Origin: a virus
DNA length: 64,000 nucleotides
Strand: one strand, 5' to 3'
Virus record (IMG/VR): IMGVR_UViG_3300030329_006380
Span: 72,484 to 136,483 of that record
Below, one piece after another: positions 57,591-64,000 of this stretch. Both the position numbers and the translations under genes were made by a program. The first letter of the stretch is position 1. Each line of letters opens with the position of its first letter. The notes under the pieces are model-generated. The model saw only the letters and a list, made by a program, of their open reading frames with translations. It was not told the origin of the DNA and made no database searches.

Positions 57591-57652
57591 AAATAGATTA
57601 TTTTTGGGAAACTTTTATTTGATCACCTAACTATTTTATGGAGGGCGCATTT

Positions 57653-58441
57653 ATGAAGAAAACCTCATCACTTATCATTTTTATGTTATTCTTATTTGCG
57701 CTTTTTCTTTCATTGTCCTCCTGTATCACCCATGGCGCGCAAAACAAAGACTTCAATGTTTTTAACTCTTCCAAATATTCATTTCTTAAAATAAGAACTT
57801 ATGCTTTAATAAGAGGCTGCAAAGACGATGTATGTAGGGAAGTCGAGCAACAATTATCCAGCGGATCGGGCTTTACTGTTGCCCGCGATAGATATGGGGC
57901 TTACGTTATGACTGCTGGTCATATATGCGAAAGTATGGCATATGACGCCTTCAAAGTAAGCACAGAAGACAAGAAAACCAAAGTTAGTATAAAATTTTAC
58001 GGATACACAATTGATCATAAAAAATATGAATTGCACACCGTTAAAGTGCATAAAGGTTTGGATCTCTGTATGATGTATTCAGTTAACTTAAAAACGGTAC
58101 CATTGCCGATCGCTGTGAGTCTGCCGGCAGCAGGGGAAAGAATATATAATATTGCAGCCCCCAAAGACATCATGCACATGAATGCGCCGATTATGATCGA
58201 TGGCTTTTACAGCGGGCGAGATATTAAAATGGGTGCGGATATTTATACGATGATTGTCGACCACGGATCCTCGGGATCTCCTATCCTAAACAGCCGTGGT
58301 GAAGTAATTGGTTTAATAAGTATGAAAAACACTTTATTTGATTTTATCTCTTATTCTCCTCCAATGGAGTACATAAGATATTTCATCAAAGGAATACTAA
58401 ATAAGTACTCACCTGAACCTATATCCAACCTTGATCCCTAA
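57653..58441 (+). CDS. Trypsin-like (S1) serine protease with a putative lipoprotein signal
   Basis: TAGHIC, LDLC and HGSSGSPI give the catalytic triad. MKK, a hydrophobic stretch and LSSC form a lipobox-like signal. ATG 57653 follows GGAGG (ORF track 57638). Confidence 0.85.
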   Translation: MKKTSSLIIFMLFLFALFLSLSSCITHGAQNKDFNVFNSSKYSFLKIRTYALIRGCKDDVCREVEQQLSSGSGFTVARDRYGAYVMTAGHICESMAYDAFKVSTEDKKTKVSIKFYGYTIDHKKYELHTVKVHKGLDLCMMYSVNLKTVPLPIAVSLPAAGERIYNIAAPKDIMHMNAPIMIDGFYSGRDIKMGADIYTMIVDHGSSGSPILNSRGEVIGLISMKNTLFDFISYSPPMEYIRYFIKGILNKYSPEPISNLDP

Positions 58442-59065
58442 CACATGTGCGTGCCCGACCTCCTCTTCAGCTACAGTCTCTAGAATATAAAATGTATCCA
58501 ATTCGACACCCTTGAGAACCGGAACAGTGAAACCAACATAAGCACGATTCTTAAGAAAGCCATTCCCAGTTAAAGACACAAACACCTCATCCGCTAGAAA
58601 TGGCTGTACAGGTTCAAACCCAGTGTATTTTATTTTGATTTTATCCCTCAGGCGCCATGGTTCAGTTCTATCCGGGGCATACTCAACCATGAGACGATTG
58701 AAGAATTTGAAATCTGATTCTTCAAACTTCAACTTCCCGGAGAAGCGAGGACCATGATGAAGTTTCCATTGATCTTCTTCATTTTCAAAGCCGATCACGT
58801 AATCGGCACCCAGACGCAGCCAATCTGCTGGATAGTAAGATAGGCCAGCAGCATTTTTAAATTTCTCAAATCTTTCAAAATTCTCGGTTGCATAATATTC
58901 CTGCAATAGATCCAGTGAATAATGATCGTCAAATTTCCATTTCACACTTGAGGATCCTCTAAGTTGTACACCCTCCTCAGCATTAGCTAGTTCTACTTGC
59001 GCAGCAAAAATCGCCATAATCGTTAACGCTACCGCAGCAAATTTAATTTTTGTCATCTTAAACAT
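58409..59065 (-). CDS. Outer-membrane beta-barrel protein (DUF2490-like)
   Basis: Signal peptide, alternating beta-strands, WRLRDKIKIKY, PFLADEVF, NRAYVGF, C-terminal VGYRFR. Confidence 0.65.
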   Translation of the reverse strand: MFKMTKIKFAAVALTIMAIFAAQVELANAEEGVQLRGSSSVKWKFDDHYSLDLLQEYYATENFERFEKFKNAAGLSYYPADWLRLGADYVIGFENEEDQWKLHHGPRFSGKLKFEESDFKFFNRLMVEYAPDRTEPWRLRDKIKIKYTGFEPVQPFLADEVFVSLTGNGFLKNRAYVGFTVPVLKGVELDTFYILETVAEEEVGHAHVLGIKVGYRFR

Positions 59066-59077
59066 CTTATCTCTCCT

Positions 59078-60040
59078 TTATTTAATCACATAATTAACCA
59101 ATACGACCAACACAACGGACACCGCCAGACCCGCTAAGATCTTCACAAAGTCTTTAGCGACAATTGGCCACACTGTCTTAAGACTACCATCTTTAACAGT
59201 ATTAAACAATGAATGAATTGCTAATTCGCGACCACACAGCAGACCAACAAAAACCCATGTTGTGGACATCGGAATATCACTCCACTGTTTAAACACCAAC
59301 AAAGTAACCGCATAAACAATATCAATAATTGTCGCCGATCTCACATATCGTGAGCCGCTCTTACTAACTACAACTTGTTGAATTTTACCACCGCCCTGTC
59401 GAAGCATATAAGCGAGGCCGGTAACAAATACAATTAATACAAAAATTAACCATGGGAAGCTTAATGTCCTAGGTAAGAAAACAACAATATTTGCCATATC
59501 ATGCATCAACCACTGACTCCATAAGAAGCCAGTTGCAACCCACTGCGCTATGCTCCATAATTTCTTCCGCTTTTCACTAACAATTCTTTTACTTTCATCA
59601 AAAACTCTACGTAAAATAAACCACATCGAATAAGCAAAAGTGGCCGCAACAGCATATCCCAAGATCGATTTAACCAGCATCTTCTCGAATACCAGTGTTG
59701 AGGCAAACACACTCAACACCAAAAAAGTTGTCGATACTGGAAATCCAGTTCTGGTTAAAATCAAAAGAATAGCAGGGGCAGCGACATGATACCACTGAAT
59801 GCCGTCTGCTGGCATGGGTATTTTATCGAGCCTCCCACTAGCAATGTCGCCGCCATTTACAACCCAACTATAGCAGAGTGTGGCAACCAAAATTGTTGAT
59901 ATATATCCCCAAAGGATTCGCCAATCGATTTTCTTATTAGAACTTAAAAAAGTTCCTAACGTTTGAATTGAATCGTTGCCAACGACCGAATATGCCGCTA
60001 AACAAAAACCCAATAGTCCTAAGACACTAACAGTTTCCAA
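59078..60040 (-). CDS. Multi-pass membrane protein, PiT/PHO4-like phosphate transporter
   Basis: About 9-10 hydrophobic helices. VGNDSIQT, HDMANI, PVSTT and PMSTTWVFVG resemble the duplicated PiT signatures. TTG start after SD GAGGAG. Confidence 0.55.
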   Translation of the reverse strand: METVSVLGLLGFCLAAYSVVGNDSIQTLGTFLSSNKKIDWRILWGYISTILVATLCYSWVVNGGDIASGRLDKIPMPADGIQWYHVAAPAILLILTRTGFPVSTTFLVLSVFASTLVFEKMLVKSILGYAVAATFAYSMWFILRRVFDESKRIVSEKRKKLWSIAQWVATGFLWSQWLMHDMANIVVFLPRTLSFPWLIFVLIVFVTGLAYMLRQGGGKIQQVVVSKSGSRYVRSATIIDIVYAVTLLVFKQWSDIPMSTTWVFVGLLCGRELAIHSLFNTVKDGSLKTVWPIVAKDFVKILAGLAVSVVLVVLVNYVIK

Positions 60041-60069
60041 TTCTTCTCTCTCCTCTTAAACTTTCATTA

Positions 60070-61098
60070 TTAATTTTCGGCAGAACAGACCGTCCTTACC
60101 ATTAAAGTGGAAACTACATAAGGATCGCAATTAGCATTTGGGCGGCGATCCTCAATATAACCACCATCATTCTTTTCAACTTGCCACGGAATACGAATTG
60201 AAGCGCCTCTATCAGAGACACCATACTTAAATTCCTTATAAGAGCAGGTTTCATGTTTGCCTGTTAACCTGTCTTCAATTCCATGGCCATAATTTTTAAC
60301 ATGCTCTTCTCTGCGCTCTCCCAAAGCCTGACAGGCATCTTCACACGCAGAAAGAGAATTTCTCATTTTCTCTGTACTAAAATTAGTATGACATCCAGCA
60401 CCATTCCAATCGCCAAAGGCTGGCTTGCCTTCGAGGGAAACTTCCACTTCATGATCTTCGGCGATCCTTTCTAAAAGCCAGCGGGCAATCCATAATTGAT
60501 CAGAGGCAGCAATTGGATCTAAAGGCCCGACCTGAAATTCCCATTGTCCCGGCATGACTTCAGCATTGATGCCAGATACTCTCAGACCTGCTCTCAAACA
60601 GGCATCCAAGTGTCTCTCGGCTATCTCTCGACCAACAGCATGACCTGAACCCACACTGCAATAATATGGGCCTTGCGGCAAAATCTCTTCTCCGTCTGTT
60701 CTGGCTTTAGTAAAGCCATATGGCACATTGTCTTTTATAAATGTATATTCCTGCTCGAAACCAAAAATAGGAAGTTTTTCTTGATGCTTTCTAAACTCAA
60801 TATCACACCCCTTCCGCGTATTCGATTCATGGGGGGTTCCATCAGTATTGCAAACTTCGCATAACACCAAGATATCTTGATTCGGATTTCGGAATCCACC
60901 AGAGGTATCCGGACAAGAAAATACTGGCTTCAAAACGCAATCTGACGCTTCGCCGGGAGCCTGATTAGTAGAACTGCCATCAAATCCCCAAATAGGAATC
61001 GACTCTTCGTGACGTAAGATTTTAGTTTTAGAGCGAAGTTGAGCGGTAGGTTGTGTACCATCTAGCCAAATATATGTGGCTCTATAAGAATTATTCAT
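60070..61098 (-). CDS. glnII: Glutamine synthetase type II
   Basis: YIWLDG, LRSKTK, WGFDGSSTNQA, FGFEQEY, NAEVMPGQWEFQVGP, DWNGAGCHTNFST, RLTGKHET, DRGASIRIP, YIEDRRP. Confidence 0.95.
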   Translation of the reverse strand: MNNSYRATYIWLDGTQPTAQLRSKTKILRHEESIPIWGFDGSSTNQAPGEASDCVLKPVFSCPDTSGGFRNPNQDILVLCEVCNTDGTPHESNTRKGCDIEFRKHQEKLPIFGFEQEYTFIKDNVPYGFTKARTDGEEILPQGPYYCSVGSGHAVGREIAERHLDACLRAGLRVSGINAEVMPGQWEFQVGPLDPIAASDQLWIARWLLERIAEDHEVEVSLEGKPAFGDWNGAGCHTNFSTEKMRNSLSACEDACQALGERREEHVKNYGHGIEDRLTGKHETCSYKEFKYGVSDRGASIRIPWQVEKNDGGYIEDRRPNANCDPYVVSTLMVRTVCSAEN

Positions 61099-61132
61099 TT
61101 TTTCACCTTTTTAATGCTTTTGTTTCTTTGAT

Positions 61133-61141
61133 ATAAATAGA
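61133..61141 (-). promoter_or_regulatory. Candidate promoter motif TCTATTTAT
   Basis: Intergenic, upstream of SD AAGGTG of glnII. Confidence 0.4.
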
Positions 61142-61167
61142 TTTCACATACGTGTTAAATGTGACAA

Positions 61168-61926
61168 TCATGTTAAGATTCTGTTAACTCGACTTACAAA
61201 TTCCTTGGCCGTCGTGCGAGTATCACCCCTATAGAGTGAACGACTGATGCTTATAATTATACGAGGATTTTTCTTATCTTTGACGTGTTCTAGGATATTT
61301 TCTATTTTCCCTCCCTGATGTCCAATACCGGGAACTAATAGCCACCCATCATACTTCTCTCGTATTTCCCTGAAATGCTCCGGATGATTTCCCGATACCA
61401 CTAAACCGATATTATCGTGCTGATCGATTCGCTTACTAAATTCTATAATTTTGTGATAAATATCATTCAGAAAGTCTTCCGATCCGGGATTGGATGTCTT
61501 ACAAAGAATAAATGTGCCCTTGTGTTCATAATCCGTAAATGGCTTGACTGAATCGTGACCCATCAGAGGGTTGACGGTTGTTGCATCTGCTCCGCATGTT
61601 TCAAATATTGCCCGAGCATATGCCTCCGCAGTTGATCCAATATCTGATCTTTTTGTATCTAAAATAAATGGAATCTCTTGATACTGAAGATGGTTTGCTA
61701 TGCGATGCATCGCCGCGATGCCATGTGGCCCATAGATCTCGAAAAAAGCTGAATTAATCTTATAACACAGCGCTAAATCTTTAGTCTTGTCGATTATATC
61801 AAGACAAAAAGCTTCTGCGTCATATGGCGTCTTCGCCAAGTATTCATGCGGATCCAAACCAACACATAAAAGGGACCGGTTATTTTTGAACCGGTCCCTT
61901 AATCTTTCAAAAAAATTATTTACCAT
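61168..61926 (-). CDS. pyrF: Orotidine-5'-phosphate decarboxylase (subfamily 2)
   Basis: CVGLDP, YKINSAFFE, ILDTKRSDIGST, TVNPLMG, KTSNPGS, LVPGIGHQGG, ISRS. Probable start 61926 (ORF track 61944). Confidence 0.92.
   Translation of the reverse strand: MVNNFFERLRDRFKNNRSLLCVGLDPHEYLAKTPYDAEAFCLDIIDKTKDLALCYKINSAFFEIYGPHGIAAMHRIANHLQYQEIPFILDTKRSDIGSTAEAYARAIFETCGADATTVNPLMGHDSVKPFTDYEHKGTFILCKTSNPGSEDFLNDIYHKIIEFSKRIDQHDNIGLVVSGNHPEHFREIREKYDGWLLVPGIGHQGGKIENILEHVKDKKNPRIIISISRSLYRGDTRTTAKEFVSRVNRILT
61862..61900 (-). terminator. Intrinsic-terminator-like hairpin inside the pyrF 5' end
   Basis: Perfect 12-bp inverted repeat AAGGGACCGGTT (61870-61881) / AACCGGTCCCTT (61889-61900) with a 7-nt loop. 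On the minus strand the stem is followed by a U-rich tract (UUUUAUGUGUU, partly overlapping the stem base). Confidence 0.5.
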
Positions 61927-62734
61927 GAGCCAAGTTATATGCACGACCCATGCGCGTTAAACCAATGCCGCCACCAAATCGAGGAATCATAGCGTGAGAG
62001 AAATATTCTTCCAACTCTTTGACAACCCGCTCCTTACCAAATTGCTTAAAGAGCAACTGAGCATATTCTCCATTGGAGATGGTGTAAAAGTCTTCTCGCA
62101 TCTGCTGAACGTTCGTCGCTCGTTCTGCGGAACCAATTGTTTCCATTCCGTAAAGAAGGACATCGATCTTATTATAGAGATTGGGGTCACCCTCATTACG
62201 CTTCATGTTCCAAAAAGGATCAGTGCGACGGGGGAAATATTCCAAGCTGATTGAGTCTCCAACATCCTCCCAGAGAGCAGTCTCGTGTTCTGTCTCTAGA
62301 ATATCAACGCCATATTTTTCGCAGACAGCGTCATACTTTAAAATCTCCGGAGCGGGAATTTCCAAATGGTCCAGCAACCCTTTGTTGAGTTTGCGGAGAT
62401 CGTTAATGCTTCCCTTTGATTCAAATTCGAACATTGGGAAAATTTTGTCGTGTCGACCGGGGATTGGATTCTTCTCTTCGCGATAGGACGTAGAAATACA
62501 GTAACATCCATTCCAGTCTGGATTCTTTAGAAGCTCGTATTCAAGCCACATCTGGCCGGTTTGTGGAAGAGGCCAAATTGACCCTTCATATCCAAAGCTG
62601 GCCACTGTTTGAGGATCCTCACATGCTGCCAGAATTGACAGTCGCGATTGGACCGGTACTTCCAGAAATCCTTTTGATCGGAAGTATTCGCGCATCTTGT
62701 TAACTACTACATCATAAGTCTTGGTGTCTTTCAT
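61916..62734 (-). CDS. Class II aaRS catalytic-domain paralog (AsnRS/AspRS-like; probable ammonia-dependent asparagine synthetase A type)
   Basis: 272 aa with no anticodon-binding OB fold. FLEVP, LPQTGQMWLE, STSYREE...RHDKIFPMFEFE, ETIGSAER, PRFGGGIGLTR (motifs 1-3). Confidence 0.8.
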   Translation of the reverse strand: MKDTKTYDVVVNKMREYFRSKGFLEVPVQSRLSILAACEDPQTVASFGYEGSIWPLPQTGQMWLEYELLKNPDWNGCYCISTSYREEKNPIPGRHDKIFPMFEFESKGSINDLRKLNKGLLDHLEIPAPEILKYDAVCEKYGVDILETEHETALWEDVGDSISLEYFPRRTDPFWNMKRNEGDPNLYNKIDVLLYGMETIGSAERATNVQQMREDFYTISNGEYAQLLFKQFGKERVVKELEEYFSHAMIPRFGGGIGLTRMGRAYNLAHGK

Positions 62735-64000
62735 GTTCTCTCCTTCTTAAAGCAATATATTGACGGCGTCAGATTCAACAAAAACGCCTTGTGGGTGTCG
62801 TGAATATCCAATTTTTTTACCATATTAGAATATTCTTTGCGAGAGTTGATCTTACCTCCTCTCGACTTCTCTTTAATCATTAAATATGCGTCCTCGTATC
62901 CCTCCTTTCTTAAAAAAAGTTGAACCGGCTCCATGAGGGCGCACCAATTATTCTCAATATCACTTCTGATTTTGGGCAAATTAATCGATACTTTATAAAA
63001 CCCTTTTTTGATATTAGCTATAGCCAATATCGTATGAGCCAATGGTACACCAATGTTCCTTAAAACAGTGGAGTCCGATAAATCTCTCTGTAATCTAGAG
63101 ATCTGAAGTTTGTTGGAAAAATGCGACAATATAGCATTTGCTATTCCTAAATTGCCTTCCGCATTTTCAAAATTTATTGGATTAATTTTTTGAGGCATCG
63201 TTGAGGAACCAACTTCTCCAGAAACAAATTTTTGTGAGAAATATTCCATGGATATATATTGCCACATGTCCCTACAGAAGTCAAGTAAAATGTTGTTTAT
63301 TCTTCGAATATTATCAAAAATACCACAAAGATTATCATACGGTTCTATTTGTGTTGTCCATTTTGTTCTTTTCAGCCCATATTGATTAATAAATCTTTCT
63401 GAAAAACTCACCCAATCAACTTCCGGGAAAACATAATTGAGAGCGCTCAAGTTTCCAACTGCGCCACCGAATTTAGCATTGATTGGGATCGATTTCAGTA
63501 ATTTTACTTGACCACGAAGTCTCTCGGAAAAAACTTTCAATTCTTTGCCCATACTGGTGGTGACTGCTGGTTGGCCATGGGTGTGCGCTAACATAGGGAT
63601 TGTTTTATGTGCGCTATAGAAGGCATTCAAGCCTTTTATAATGCCCTCAATCTCACTATAGTACCGGTCTTGCAAGAAATCCCTTAACATTAAAGGTGTC
63701 GCCGTGTTGTTAACATCCTGCGATGTCAAGCCCAAATGTATAAATTCTTTATATGCGCTCAAGCCCAAAATTTCAAACTCTTCGCGAAGAAACATCTCTA
63801 TTGCTTTAATATCATGCTTGGTGGTTTCTTCTATTTTTTTAATTCTAAAATAGTTCTCTTGCGTTAGGTTTTCTAAGTTTCTCACTAGCTTCTCTTTGTC
63901 ACTTTCGATAGGCTGTAATCCTGTCGCTTTAACTAGTTCAAAGAAGTAGTCAATCTCCACTTTTAATCGGTACTTGTTTAGTGCAAAATCGGAAAAATAA
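62731..64000 (-). CDS. purB: Adenylosuccinate lyase (5' end outside the window)
   Basis: TKHDIKAIE, HLGLTSQDVNN, HTHGQPA, GSSTMPQKINPINFEN. The frame is open to the window end (YFSDFALNKYRLKVEIDYF), so GTG 63960 is not the true start. Confidence 0.95.
   Translation of the reverse strand, partial: YFSDFALNKYRLKVEIDYFFELVKATGLQPIESDKEKLVRNLENLTQENYFRIKKIEETTKHDIKAIEMFLREEFEILGLSAYKEFIHLGLTSQDVNNTATPLMLRDFLQDRYYSEIEGIIKGLNAFYSAHKTIPMLAHTHGQPAVTTSMGKELKVFSERLRGQVKLLKSIPINAKFGGAVGNLSALNYVFPEVDWVSFSERFINQYGLKRTKWTTQIEPYDNLCGIFDNIRRINNILLDFCRDMWQYISMEYFSQKFVSGEVGSSTMPQKINPINFENAEGNLGIANAILSHFSNKLQISRLQRDLSDSTVLRNIGVPLAHTILAIANIKKGFYKVSINLPKIRSDIENNWCALMEPVQLFLRKEGYEDAYLMIKEKSRGGKINSRKEYSNMVKKLDIHDTHKAFLLNLTPSIYCFKKERT

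Noticed and set aside
61144-61164. TCACAT-N9-ATGTGA inverted repeat as a CRP-like site or terminator
   Set aside because: Only 6 bp, with orientation and spacing unlike TGTGA-N6-TCACA and no clear U-tract. Could be chance in AT-rich DNA.
1-64000. tRNA, rRNA, CRISPR array, integrase or transposase
   Set aside because: Intergenic gaps are all under about 100 nt. No repeat-spacer array, cloverleaf or recombinase motif was seen.
1-64000. Stop-codon reassignment (common in some large phages)
   Set aside because: TAA, TAG (e.g. 6653) and TGA (e.g. 1401) all end genes right before the next SD/start, and very long ORFs are intact in code 11.
1-64000. Giant eukaryotic virus (NCLDV) origin, suggested by the glycosylation genes, GS-II and AsnRS-like gene
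   Set aside because: SD motifs, overlapping operonic genes, gp6/gp25 baseplate genes and peptidoglycan hydrolases indicate a bacteriophage.

Overview
Gene-dense, AT-rich 64 kb fragment of a large (jumbo-type) contractile-tailed bacteriophage. It uses the standard genetic code, has Shine-Dalgarno-like sites, and carries all genes but one on the minus strand. (1) About 0.2-38.3 kb is a tail/baseplate module: gp6-like wedge, gp25, a 2912-aa LamG/wedge protein, a DNRLRE-like protein, a 2964-aa unknown protein and a spike-like protein with an HxH tip. It also holds three tandem paralogs that share a gp5/VgrG-like OB-fold N-terminus but each carry a different peptidoglycan hydrolase (amidase_2, M15 peptidase, SleB-like). 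(2) About 38.3-40 kb has a phage sigma factor and small genes. (3) About 40-53.8 kb is a glycan biosynthesis/modification island. Its core is an apparently complete phosphonate pathway: PEP mutase, split phosphonopyruvate decarboxylase, 2-aminoethylphosphonate (AEP) transaminase, cytidylyltransferase and two LicD transferases. This core is flanked by five glycosyltransferase genes, three methyltransferases and an epimerase. (4) About 53.8-64 kb has a Cas4-like nuclease, PhoH, a lipoprotein serine protease, a DUF2490-like barrel with a PiT-like transporter, GS-II, PyrF, an AsnRS-like paralog and PurB. The most striking observations are a phage-encoded AEP-glycan system (with a recurrent [ST]-[GAS]-S motif in baseplate proteins as a candidate acceptor) and the three-enzyme gp5-like set. 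All calls come from manual motif reading; no database searches were run.
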